NCBI GenBank assembly: GCA_041649255.1
Contig: JBAZNK010000015.1
Coordinates: 17,361 to 81,360, forward strand
DNA from: a bacterium
Lineage (GTDB): Bacteria > Hydrothermota > UBA3073 > JACQXS01 > JAQTXJ01
Length of the DNA: 64,000 nt
Direction: 5' to 3'
Shown piece by piece: positions 1 through 9,541 of the stretch. A model generated the notes under the pieces. It was not told the DNA's origin. It did no database searches and worked only from the letters and a program-made list of their open reading frames with translations. Both the position numbers and the translations under genes were made by a program. Positions within the stretch are counted from its first letter, which is position 1. Each line of letters opens with the position of its first letter.

Positions 1-1595
1 GCAATTGACAACGTAACTTCATATCCTTTTTTTGTCAGAATATTAACGGCTTCTATTGCAGTATGTGCACCCTTATCGGGATGTAATCCCCCTGAGTATA
101 ATAATTTCAGGGGAACGATTGAACGATTATTTTGTGGAGTTATAAACTTTTTCGTATCAATCCCGCGATAAAAAATAGTAGCGGAACTGCAAGGAAAGCC
201 GAATTCACTGTATTGGAATTTAAGAAATTTGCTTGTAAAATATGTATAATTAAAATTCAGACTGTATAAATCCACGGCAAACATTGACTTAAAATATTCT
301 TTTAGGTCGGGCTGTGTAATCAGTCCAAGGAACTTCATTTTTATAAAAGAAACTAATTTATTTTTAACGGGAGACTGCCAGTAATTAAGCCAATTATCCA
401 CCATTTTATCGCACGCCAGCCAGTAATCCGAGATATCGTATACAACGGGAATATCAAAAGATTCTATAGTTTTTAAAAGGGATTTACTCAATGCGCCCAT
501 ATTAAAAAGAAATAAAACATCCGGCCGGAGTTCATAAACGAGTTTCTTTAGTATGTCATTTTCACGGGTTTCTCTGTTTAGGGTTTTCTTAAAAGACATT
601 GGCTTCTTTCCATAGTCAAAATAATGAGTAAGCTCCCTGTAAACATTATTCTCTATAGTAGAACAGGCATCTGGGACATCCCGCTCAAGCGGTGACCTGC
701 CTGTTATCGGAATTTCCACGCCATAATTAGACGTTAAAACACTTACGTTATGTCCTTTACTTCTAAGGGAATCAACAATATCTTTGCAAACCAATTCATA
801 CCCGCCTATGTAATAGGGTGGATATAAGTTGGAGACTACCAGTATATTCAATTTTTTATCAATTGTATTGGTTATAGGCTCATATTCTTTAGTTTTTGTC
901 AGAGGATAAAAGTGTCCATCTCTGACTTTATGTCCTATACTTCGGATTTTAAAATCCCCTTCTATAACCGAATCACTCTCTTGATATCTTCCATAGTAAT
1001 ATAAAAAATTATCCAATTTTTGCATTTTAAAGTTTTTATAAATTCTTATCCAGTAGTCGTAATCTGCCGCACTAAGAGCTCTGCCATCAAATCCACCTAT
1101 AGTCTTATACACATTATATTTATATAAAAAACAAGCTCCAATACAGCAAAACCGTCTCAAATTATCGGGAGTATCTACTTTTTCTTTTGCAATAATCTCG
1201 TCTCTTTCATTAATGCAATAGTAATTAGAATACACGAAATCGATCTCTTTATTGGCTTCCAAAAAATCTACCATTATTTCTATCGCATCTTCCGTATAGT
1301 AATTATCATCCGAAGTCCAGGTTAGATATTCACCTGTACACAAAGTAAGTCCCTTATTATACGCCTTCGTAGCCCCAACATTTTCCTTCAATTCTATATA
1401 TTTAATCCTGTCATCATTGCCTGCCTTGACGGCAGGCAGGTATGACTTTATTATTTCAGAAGTATTATCCGGAGATGCATCATTAATTAAAATCAACTCG
1501 ATATTTTTATATGTTTGATTCAAACAGCTATCTATTGCTTTTTTAATAAGATGCGCCCTATTATAAGTAGCTAATACAATACTAACTTTTTTCAT
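1..1595 (-). CDS. Two-domain glycosyltransferase (N-terminal GT2 fused to a GT4/GT-B-like domain); C-terminus cut by window edge
   Basis: Absent from the ORF track because it runs off the window. The reverse complement from 1595 reads ATG AAA AAA GTT AGT ATT GTA TTA GCT ACT TAT AAT = MKKVSIVLATYN, a typical GT2 N-terminus, followed by ..LINDASPDNT... In the same frame, around 860, it reads DKKLNILVVSNLYPPYYIGGYELVCKD, a GT-B/GT4-type N-terminus. Confidence 0.7.
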   Translation of the reverse strand, partial: MKKVSIVLATYNRAHLIKKAIDSCLNQTYKNIELILINDASPDNTSEIIKSYLPAVKAGNDDRIKYIELKENVGATKAYNKGLTLCTGEYLTWTSDDNYYTEDAIEIMVDFLEANKEIDFVYSNYYCINERDEIIAKEKVDTPDNLRRFCCIGACFLYKYNVYKTIGGFDGRALSAADYDYWIRIYKNFKMQKLDNFLYYYGRYQESDSVIEGDFKIRSIGHKVRDGHFYPLTKTKEYEPITNTIDKKLNILVVSNLYPPYYIGGYELVCKDIVDSLRSKGHNVSVLTSNYGVEIPITGRSPLERDVPDACSTIENNVYRELTHYFDYGKKPMSFKKTLNRETRENDILKKLVYELRPDVLFLFNMGALSKSLLKTIESFDIPVVYDISDYWLACDKMVDNWLNYWQSPVKNKLVSFIKMKFLGLITQPDLKEYFKSMFAVDLYSLNFNYTYFTSKFLKFQYSEFGFPCSSATIFYRGIDTKKFITPQNNRSIVPLKLLYSGGLHPDKGAHTAIEAVNILTKKGYEVTLSI

Positions 1596-1605
1596 ATAAA
1601 TTAGA

Positions 1606-2751
1606 TTATCCGTCTATAAATTGAGGTCTATCCTGGTTACTATCCCCTTTAGTTACATAATAAGTTTTCCACGGAATGATTGTTTTGCTTTTCCCTTTAA
1701 TCCTAAAGTGTAATGCACTTCTCCATACATAAGGTTTCTTTTCCAAAGGTTGAAAACGCGATGGGAAAAAAATATTTCCTTGATTCGGTAATGGTTGGAG
1801 GGGAAAACCCATTTTAAGAAGCACCTTACCTATTTCCTGAGAAGGATTATAAAAATCTATAAAAGCTGATTTTTGTTTAATCCCAAATTCTATAACTTCT
1901 TTTAACAGGAAAGCGAGAGCATCGGTATTTCCCAATAATTCAAGGATTCTAATCACCGTTTCATTCCGTTCACGAACTTTTTCTAACCTAAAGACAATTA
2001 ATCCTTCCCAACTTCCTGTTTTTTTATCCTTTGCCCCCAGAAATTTATAACTATATACGGGATGTTCAAAATAACGCCACTTAAGATAGTTGCTGTCCCG
2101 TTCTCCCCCAATAAAATTTTTAGAGATATGGTTTTTCCAAAACGAATCCCATAAAGAATCTATTGATGAAACAGTTGTATAATTTTTCTTAAAAATAAAT
2201 TCTTTTTCCGTATATGTATATTTTTTTATAAACTTTTTTATTTCAGGCAACGGAATAAGAGTTTGACATTCACAAAACAAAGGAAAACATTTTTCGGGAT
2301 TAATAACCAAAACCCAGCGAGGCATATCATCCAGTGTCTGGAAACCTAAAGTTTTATATATGTTTTGGACATCTTTCCCGACTTGCATAGCCCCAATAAA
2401 ACTGAATCCTAATGAATATACTTTGTTTAACAATTCAAATCCATATCCCAGGCGGCGAACCTTCTCATCACATACCCAATGAGAAAGCCATACGGAAGAA
2501 TAAGTATGTCCCCTGACATTTAATTGAAATGGAATAAGTCCCATCATACCGACTATTTTCCCCTTATGATAAACAAGTAAAACCGATAATATCTCTTTTT
2601 TACTATTCTTAAAACGAGAAGGCTTAAATTGCCAGCAAAGAAATTTTTCATTTAAAACTAACGCATAGTCTCGTCCCCATATTTTTTCAATATATTTCCT
2701 CAATTCAGGGATTTCTTTCTCGGAGCACAGGAAAATTCCGTTTTTATCCAT
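1606..2751 (-). CDS. GNAT-family N-acyltransferase, two-domain
   Basis: 381 aa. A GNAT motif-A-like segment (..VRRLGYGFELLNKVY..) follows a beta-strand-rich region. It sits directly downstream of the ligase/ACP cassette. Confidence 0.55.
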   Translation of the reverse strand: MDKNGIFLCSEKEIPELRKYIEKIWGRDYALVLNEKFLCWQFKPSRFKNSKKEILSVLLVYHKGKIVGMMGLIPFQLNVRGHTYSSVWLSHWVCDEKVRRLGYGFELLNKVYSLGFSFIGAMQVGKDVQNIYKTLGFQTLDDMPRWVLVINPEKCFPLFCECQTLIPLPEIKKFIKKYTYTEKEFIFKKNYTTVSSIDSLWDSFWKNHISKNFIGGERDSNYLKWRYFEHPVYSYKFLGAKDKKTGSWEGLIVFRLEKVRERNETVIRILELLGNTDALAFLLKEVIEFGIKQKSAFIDFYNPSQEIGKVLLKMGFPLQPLPNQGNIFFPSRFQPLEKKPYVWRSALHFRIKGKSKTIIPWKTYYVTKGDSNQDRPQFIDG

Positions 2752-2758
2752 AATATAA

Positions 2759-4099
2759 TTATTTTCTTAATTTTTTAAACCTCTCATTATATTGTTCTTT
2801 ATCCGTAATAAAAATTTTAGTTGGTACTTTAAACCTTTCTAAGTTTTTATAACAATGTTTTCTTAAACGTATAGTAAATTTCTTGATATCCTCATAACTT
2901 AATAATTTAACTTTTACGCATACAATATTTCCTGTTATCAAATTCTTTTCTCCATAAACCGTTACTTCAGCAATATTACTCATTTTTTGAATAACATTCT
3001 CGATTTCTACAGGATATACTTTTTCGCCTCCAACATTAATAATTTCGGATTTGCGACCTAAAATTTTTATATATTCGCCTTTGACCTCAACTGAATCCCC
3101 CGTATTAAACCAACCATCTTTTGTAAACGGGTTAGGGGAATTTAGATACCCCAGCATTGACGATTCGGCTTTAATATGCAAAATTCCATCTACTATTCGC
3201 GTTTGGAAGCCTTCCCCTCCTATTTTCATCCAAAGGGAGTTTGAATTTTCAGACTTGGAACGCAATATTCCTACTTCGGAAAGCCCATACGTTTGTTGCA
3301 AATGAATATCAGGGAACAATTTATGAAAACGTTTCAATGTGCTTTCAAGCATTGGCTCCGTTCCATAACTAATTGTTTTAAGGGAATCAATATTATGTCG
3401 CTTATATGCTTCACTTAATAAAATTAAATTTATAAAAGTAGGAGAAGTCGGAAGCAACTCAACTTGATATTTTTCAACCGTTTCAAGTACGGTATCGGGA
3501 GTCCTTTCTTTAACTGTTACGATACATCCTGCATTTGATAATATATAAAATATAGTATTTATGCCGCCTATATGGTCATATAATAGAAACGTTATTGCTC
3601 TTAAGCTATTTCTCGGTGTTTTAAATTTTTCTAATATTTTAACTAAATCGTGGACAACCGCTTTATTTTTCCCCGTAGACCCTGAAGAGAATAAAATCAG
3701 TCCCGGATGACACAATTTTTTTAATTTATTATAAAATTCATTATTGGCAGAATTTGATAATTTAATTATTTCAATCTTATCTTTTTTGTTTATCCTTATA
3801 GAAACTTCTCCCTGAGCTATCCCAATAAATTCATCTTTATTTAATCTTACGGAATCGGCAAGCGGAATAATGATACAACCACATTCTATAAGAGCAAGGA
3901 AAAGAGCAATAGAATTTGGGGAAAAATCTGCTTCTAAAACGACCGCCGTACCTTTTTTAATGCCTTCAGACTTTATTGTTTTTTGCCAATAATCAATATT
4001 CTTTATTAACCATTTATAAGTATAAACTTTATCTCCCCAAATAATAGCGTCTTTGTGTTTGTTTTTATCAAATATCTCTATCAGAAAATCTATCGACAT
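2759..4099 (-). CDS. AMP-dependent synthetase/ligase (acyl-CoA or acyl-ACP ligase family)
   Basis: 446 aa with the AMP-binding core motif LFSSGSTGKNKAVVH, plus later YGLSE and GWFNTGD motifs. Confidence 0.85.
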   Translation of the reverse strand: MSIDFLIEIFDKNKHKDAIIWGDKVYTYKWLIKNIDYWQKTIKSEGIKKGTAVVLEADFSPNSIALFLALIECGCIIIPLADSVRLNKDEFIGIAQGEVSIRINKKDKIEIIKLSNSANNEFYNKLKKLCHPGLILFSSGSTGKNKAVVHDLVKILEKFKTPRNSLRAITFLLYDHIGGINTIFYILSNAGCIVTVKERTPDTVLETVEKYQVELLPTSPTFINLILLSEAYKRHNIDSLKTISYGTEPMLESTLKRFHKLFPDIHLQQTYGLSEVGILRSKSENSNSLWMKIGGEGFQTRIVDGILHIKAESSMLGYLNSPNPFTKDGWFNTGDSVEVKGEYIKILGRKSEIINVGGEKVYPVEIENVIQKMSNIAEVTVYGEKNLITGNIVCVKVKLLSYEDIKKFTIRLRKHCYKNLERFKVPTKIFITDKEQYNERFKKLRK

Positions 4100-4800
4100 T
4101 AAATACCACCCAAAAAGATTGTTTGTCCCGTAACAAAATTACTTTCCGGTTGAATAAAAAAATCAATTACATTTGAAATATCCTTAAATTCAGTAAAGCG
4201 ACGAATAGCCTGTTTGTTAATAAGATTCTTTATCTTTTCTTGTGGAATTGTCCGGATTAAATCTGTTTTTGTCGGGGTAGGCCCAATCGCATTCACTGTT
4301 ATCCCGAAGTCGGCAAGTTCTTTCGCAAGTATTTCAGTAAGACTTATAACTGCCGCTTTGGAAGCAGCATAAATAGATTCTCCCTCAAGCTTTAGAGGAA
4401 CGGCTACCGTAGTAAAGTTAATAATTCTACCATATTTATTAACTTTCATTAGTTTAGAGGCTTCCCGACAGAATAAAAAAGTTCCAACAATGTTAGTATT
4501 TAGAATACTTTCTACCGTTTTAAGAGGAGTCAAAAGAAAATGATTCATAGATGCTATCCCTGCGTTATTTATAAGAACATCTACTCGTTTATAAGTTCTA
4601 CGAATCTCCGTAAAAAGTTGTTTTACTTTGTTTTCATCACAAACATCCAAACAAAAGTGTTGGTAATTTTTTAATTTATGTTCAAATGTCTCCCTACTGC
4701 ACCCAATAACTTGAAACCCTCTATCACTATAGTATTCTGCTAAATATTTTCCTATACCTTTTCTCGTACCTGTAATTACTATTACCTTTTTTTTATTCAT
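4099..4800 (-). CDS. Short-chain dehydrogenase/reductase (FabG-like)
   Basis: 233 aa. It has the Rossmann motif VIVITGTRKGIGK, NNAG, and the catalytic YAASKAAV. Its start/stop overlap with the neighbouring genes. Confidence 0.85.
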   Translation of the reverse strand: MNKKKVIVITGTRKGIGKYLAEYYSDRGFQVIGCSRETFEHKLKNYQHFCLDVCDENKVKQLFTEIRRTYKRVDVLINNAGIASMNHFLLTPLKTVESILNTNIVGTFLFCREASKLMKVNKYGRIINFTTVAVPLKLEGESIYAASKAAVISLTEILAKELADFGITVNAIGPTPTKTDLIRTIPQEKIKNLINKQAIRRFTEFKDISNVIDFFIQPESNFVTGQTIFLGGI

Positions 4801-5111
4801 TGAATTTTCCCCTCCAATAACGTAAAAACATAATCCATAATGGTCTTTACGGTTCTAAATGGACTATTCTTTTGTGACATAGCTTTTTCATCTGCCAAAG
4901 TTATTGTAATTCCAAATTCTTCTTCTATTCTTTGTTCTATTGCCACAATGAGATTAACAAGTCCTAATGAATCCAACACTCCTAATTTTCCAAATAAAAC
5001 AGTATCCTTTGTTTTTTTTAATTGTTTTGTTTTAGTTAATTGCTGATTGATTTCATCAATCACGCTAAAAACTATCGTTTCTACTCTTTCATTAAGAGAC
5101 TTTTTGTTCAT
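4797..5111 (-). CDS. Acyl carrier protein
   Basis: 104 aa with an LGVLDSLGLVNL phosphopantetheine-attachment (DSL) motif. It overlaps the SDR start by 4 nt. Confidence 0.75.
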   Translation of the reverse strand: MNKKSLNERVETIVFSVIDEINQQLTKTKQLKKTKDTVLFGKLGVLDSLGLVNLIVAIEQRIEEEFGITITLADEKAMSQKNSPFRTVKTIMDYVFTLLEGKIQ

Positions 5112-5134
5112 TTTTAATTTTTTACCCTATCTCT

Positions 5135-5833
5135 TTATTTATATGGCGTTAAATTTAGCTTCAAAATATTACTTTTTTTTAACCGTATACTATTTTTTAT
5201 TGTTTTTTCAATAAAAGGCAACATTTTTTCCGCATATAATTCATTGCCTTTTTGTGATAAATGAAGCCGTTTCCCATTCTCATTAAGAAAAAAGGATTTG
5301 TCCTTTGAAGCTTTATCAAACAAAGCCTCTATATCACAAAGAATAGTATTGGTTTTCTTTGCTACTTTCCTAATAATAGAATTATAATAACGGTTGTTTT
5401 CATTGTAATCTTTATTGTTCAACATAAGTTTTCTTATCGGTATAAGATGGTTTGTGCTTAAAATTATTTCTTTTATTCCGGAAGTATAACATTTCTCAAT
5501 AAGCTCCAAAAGATTATATTCAAAAGACATCGGATTAACTCTCGGGAATCCATTGTCGGAAAGCCAATAATTGCAATCATTCATACCAAACTGAATAGTA
5601 ATAATATCCGGGTTGAAAACATAAATGTCTTTTAATCTTTCTAACCCATTTCTTGTTGTATCTCCATTTACTCCTAAATTGATATTATTAAACAAAATAT
5701 CTTGTTTTTTATACTTTTTTAATCCATCATCTATTATTGAAGTCCATCGCTTTGTAATATCCCTGCTCTCACTTCCATCACCAAACCCATAGGTAATTGA
5801 GTCTCCAAAATAACAAATTCTAATTATACGCAT
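5135..5833 (-). CDS. SGNH/GDSL hydrolase-type esterase
   Basis: 232 aa with block I ICYFGDSITYG, block III GMND and a later block V region. Confidence 0.8.
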   Translation of the reverse strand: MRIIRICYFGDSITYGFGDGSESRDITKRWTSIIDDGLKKYKKQDILFNNINLGVNGDTTRNGLERLKDIYVFNPDIITIQFGMNDCNYWLSDNGFPRVNPMSFEYNLLELIEKCYTSGIKEIILSTNHLIPIRKLMLNNKDYNENNRYYNSIIRKVAKKTNTILCDIEALFDKASKDKSFFLNENGKRLHLSQKGNELYAEKMLPFIEKTIKNSIRLKKSNILKLNLTPYK

Positions 5834-5849
5834 TTTCTTTTTGCTGTTT

Positions 5850-6608
5850 TTACTTTATTAACCTAAATATCTTAATCGGATAAGGCGTGAACTCCATATA
5901 TTTCATTCCCGCTGTTATCAACATTTCTTTTTCTTGCTTAAATTTAGAGAATATTTTATCTCTCATATACTCTTTGTTTAGAGTTCGTAAATGGACGTAT
6001 TTATATTTTCCATATTTCACTTTATATTCTGGCAATTTATATACACTTAAATCTTGCTCCCATGGGACAGCTAAATAAAGAATACCTTTAGGTTTAATAA
6101 CATCATATATATTTTGAATTACTCTCTCATCATCTATTACATGCTCTATCACATCCGTACATATTCCAATATCTATACTTTCATTATGTATAGGAAGCTT
6201 TTCCAAATCCGCATTTATTTTTATATTTACCTTCTTACATCTTTTTAAATAATTTGCCGCAATATCTATTGCAACAGTAGTATTAAAAGTCATTTTTCTT
6301 AATAAATACGCATCTCCACTTCCAAAATCAGCTATAATTTTATTATTTTGCGTTTCAGTATCTGAAAGAATAAAAGTCGCCATTTCCTGCTTTACTTCCA
6401 TAGGAGTTTTTTCTTTTCTTAAATCATCTTCGCAAATTTGTTCATAATTTTCAAAGTAATCATCTTTTCTAAAATTCATCATAATAACTTTATCATCTAT
6501 AATATATTGTCTGTTACACTTTTGACATATTATTTTATCTTTTAATAATCTTATAGAACCATTACAGTAAATACATTTAACAATTTTTTCTATTGTTTTT
6601 TTATTCAT
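5850..6608 (-). CDS. Class I SAM-dependent methyltransferase with N-terminal zinc-ribbon
   Basis: 252 aa. It has CxxC..CxxC (CIYCNG..CQKCN) at the N-terminus and the SAM motif IADFGSGDAYLL. Confidence 0.75.
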   Translation of the reverse strand: MNKKTIEKIVKCIYCNGSIRLLKDKIICQKCNRQYIIDDKVIMMNFRKDDYFENYEQICEDDLRKEKTPMEVKQEMATFILSDTETQNNKIIADFGSGDAYLLRKMTFNTTVAIDIAANYLKRCKKVNIKINADLEKLPIHNESIDIGICTDVIEHVIDDERVIQNIYDVIKPKGILYLAVPWEQDLSVYKLPEYKVKYGKYKYVHLRTLNKEYMRDKIFSKFKQEKEMLITAGMKYMEFTPYPIKIFRLIK

Positions 6609-6636
6609 AACAATATAGAATTTTTAACAATGATTA

Positions 6637-7572
6637 TTATTTTTCTATTCTTAAATGGGTAAATGTCTCTTTAATTCCATAGGTTTTATAATATTCTACA
6701 GCTTTTTTTATCCCCTCTTTTAAAGGAGTTGTCGTCTTCCATCCAAAATCTTTGTTTGTCTTTGATGGATCAAGCAATATCGTGTAAACATCCCCGGAAT
6801 TTCTGGGTTGAACTTCAATGGGTTTGGTAAGTTTTATACCCATTTTTTCTACTATTGCATCAAATAATTCTTTTATTGAGTAATCTCCGCCCGAGGAAAT
6901 GTGGTAATAACCATTATTTCCTTTTCCATAAATTGCAGGTAGCACGACCTCGAGCAAATCCTCCACAAAAACAAAATCCCTTCGTGTATCAGCCAGGTAA
7001 CATTTTTGGCCTGTATTTAATCTCTGGTAAAAAGTAGGTACAGGACCACTTAAGTTTCTTGGCCCATACATATTAGCCAAGCGAAAAGAGATAAAATTAA
7101 TACCACTTAATGTAATATATTGCTCACCTGCTGTTTTACTTATAGCATAACTACTACCTTCTGATTTTATTGGATGTTCTAATGTAATAGGTTGCTCCAC
7201 AGGTTTTAATCCATAACATAAAGAAGTTTGAAAATATATTAATCTTTTTACCTTATGTTCTAAAGCAGCCTGAGTTATCAATGCAGTCCCATATACGTTT
7301 GTTCTTATATCTTCTTCCCAGTTTTTAGGGTCTTTATAAGAAGCAGCCGCGTGAACTACTATATCAGGACTAAATTCTTGAAAAACACTATTTACTAATT
7401 TAGAATCATAAATGGACCCCTCTACAATTTTCAAGTTACTATGTGGTTTTAAGTTGTCTCTTCTTCCGGTTGCAAAATTATCAATAACTAAAATATTTTC
7501 CCCTTTTAAAATTAGTTTATCTGCAATATTTGAACCTAAAAAACCGGCTCCTCCCGTAATTAATACTTTCAT
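6637..7572 (-). CDS. NAD-dependent sugar-nucleotide epimerase/dehydratase
   Basis: Motifs MKVLITGGAGFLGSNI and YAISK. The track start at 7584 is TTG. The ATG at 7572 is preceded by GGGAGGAAAG, so I place the start there. Confidence 0.85.
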   Translation of the reverse strand: MKVLITGGAGFLGSNIADKLILKGENILVIDNFATGRRDNLKPHSNLKIVEGSIYDSKLVNSVFQEFSPDIVVHAAASYKDPKNWEEDIRTNVYGTALITQAALEHKVKRLIYFQTSLCYGLKPVEQPITLEHPIKSEGSSYAISKTAGEQYITLSGINFISFRLANMYGPRNLSGPVPTFYQRLNTGQKCYLADTRRDFVFVEDLLEVVLPAIYGKGNNGYYHISSGGDYSIKELFDAIVEKMGIKLTKPIEVQPRNSGDVYTILLDPSKTNKDFGWKTTTPLKEGIKKAVEYYKTYGIKETFTHLRIEK

Positions 7573-7586
7573 CTTTCCTCCCAATA

Positions 7587-9497
7587 TTAGCTTTTATATT
7601 TTTTAAAATCGTCTATAAAAAGTTGATTCCATAATTCAAGACTCAATAGTCCCCATAATTTTCTATCAAATTCTTTACCTTTGTTTAAAAAACTTATAAT
7701 GTCAAATTTTTCATTTAAATAATGCCTATGCTTTGCTTTGGATGAAGTAAAAATATCAAATATAAAATCTTTGAGAGGTCCCTTACTCCACTTATTCAGT
7801 GGCACCGGGAATCCCATTTTATCTTTTCTAAGTGATATTTCTTTAGGAAGTTCCTTGTCAAAAGCTATTTTCAGTAGTCTTTTTAATTTTCCGTCTTTAA
7901 ATTTTATATCCGATGGAATTGTCGCTGCTAATTCAACAAGTTTATGGTCTAAAAATGGCACTCTAACTTCAAGCCCATTTGCCATGCTTACCCTGTCTTC
8001 AACATGTAATAGCGCAGGCAACAATGTTTTGAAATCAAAATGTGTCATACTATCAAAATATGATTCTTTTTCTACATTATTACTCCAATATAGTTTTTTA
8101 AATTCTTCAAACGGAGAATAATGCTTAAGTATTTCCCAATTAATTTCATCTTCAAATCCATTTGCCCTGTTTACTATTCTAAAATACCTTTTATCCCTAT
8201 CATCAAAAACCCCATCACTCCAAAAATTTTCTAACAAGGGTTTGTATTGTTCTAAAACTTTAAGATTAGGAATAATAGACTCGTAAGTCACAATGAATTT
8301 CCCGCTGTGTAAAGTTCCCGAGATTGCACCTTTTATACATTGCTCAAAATAACATATTAAATATCTAACATATCCCCCAAAAATCTCATCTCCCCCTGTA
8401 CCACTTAAAATTCCTTTTACAAATTTACTTGCAAGTTTTGCAACCATAAATTGTGGAAACGAACCGGGACCTGCAAGGGGATAATCTAAAGAATATATTA
8501 TTTTTTTTATATTATCTACAAAATCCTTTTCCTTTATGTCTTTTTCATAAAGTGAAATATCTTTGTGTGCAGCTAAAATCCTGGCATATTTAGATTCATC
8601 ATATTCTTCTTCCCCTGAAAACTTTCCTGTAAATCCTAAAAATCTTGAATTGTTCTTTATATCTTTTGCAGTAGAAGCAATAATCCCGGAATCTATACCT
8701 CCACTTATAAAGGAACCTATTTCAACGTCGCTTCTCAAGTGAATATTTATGGAATCAAATAATAACTCTTTTACCTTCTTTACAAAATATTCTTCTTTAT
8801 GAGTAAAGTCTAAATTATAATATACTTCCCAATATTTTTTTATACTTATATCTATTTTACCTTTTTCAACTTTTACAAAACCAGAATGGGCTGGAAGTAA
8901 TTGATATACGCCCTTAAACAAAGTCTTATCTCCAAGATAAAATTGAAAATAGATATAATCCTTCAAAGCATTGTTATCCATTTCTATATTATTCTTGAAC
9001 GGAATCAATGCTTTTACTTCTGAAGCAAAATAAAATCTTCCATCCTCTATAAAATAATAGAACGGCTTAATCCCAAACCTGTCTCTTGCAATGAATAAAT
9101 AGTTCTTTTTTTTATCCCATATAGCAAAAGCAAACATTCCTCTTAAGTGACTAACACATTTTTCTCCCCATTTTCTATATGCCTTCAAAATCACTTCCGT
9201 ATCTGAATTAGTTCTAAAGTTTTCCTTTCCAAGAATATCTCTCAATTCTATATAGTTATAAATTTCTCCATTATAGCTAATAACCAGCTCTTCATCTTCC
9301 ATTGGCTGGTCTCCCTTTTCTATATCTATAAGACTCAACCTTACATGCCCCAATCCCAATGTGTTGTTTTTATCACCCCATATTCCTTCCCCATCAGGGC
9401 CTCTATGTTTTTGAGATTTATTCATTTCCTTTATCATATTTTCAAGGGAATGCTTTGGCTCTTTTTTACAACTTAAAATTCCCGCTATTCCACACAT
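7587..9497 (-). CDS. asnB: Asparagine synthase (glutamine-hydrolysing)
   Basis: 636 aa with the N-terminal MCGIAGI nucleophile Cys2, and SGGIDS in the synthetase domain. Confidence 0.9.
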   Translation of the reverse strand: MCGIAGILSCKKEPKHSLENMIKEMNKSQKHRGPDGEGIWGDKNNTLGLGHVRLSLIDIEKGDQPMEDEELVISYNGEIYNYIELRDILGKENFRTNSDTEVILKAYRKWGEKCVSHLRGMFAFAIWDKKKNYLFIARDRFGIKPFYYFIEDGRFYFASEVKALIPFKNNIEMDNNALKDYIYFQFYLGDKTLFKGVYQLLPAHSGFVKVEKGKIDISIKKYWEVYYNLDFTHKEEYFVKKVKELLFDSINIHLRSDVEIGSFISGGIDSGIIASTAKDIKNNSRFLGFTGKFSGEEEYDESKYARILAAHKDISLYEKDIKEKDFVDNIKKIIYSLDYPLAGPGSFPQFMVAKLASKFVKGILSGTGGDEIFGGYVRYLICYFEQCIKGAISGTLHSGKFIVTYESIIPNLKVLEQYKPLLENFWSDGVFDDRDKRYFRIVNRANGFEDEINWEILKHYSPFEEFKKLYWSNNVEKESYFDSMTHFDFKTLLPALLHVEDRVSMANGLEVRVPFLDHKLVELAATIPSDIKFKDGKLKRLLKIAFDKELPKEISLRKDKMGFPVPLNKWSKGPLKDFIFDIFTSSKAKHRHYLNEKFDIISFLNKGKEFDRKLWGLLSLELWNQLFIDDFKKYKS

Positions 9498-9541
9498 ATA
9501 ATTTCCTTATTCAATAAATAAAATTCATTTATAAAATTATT

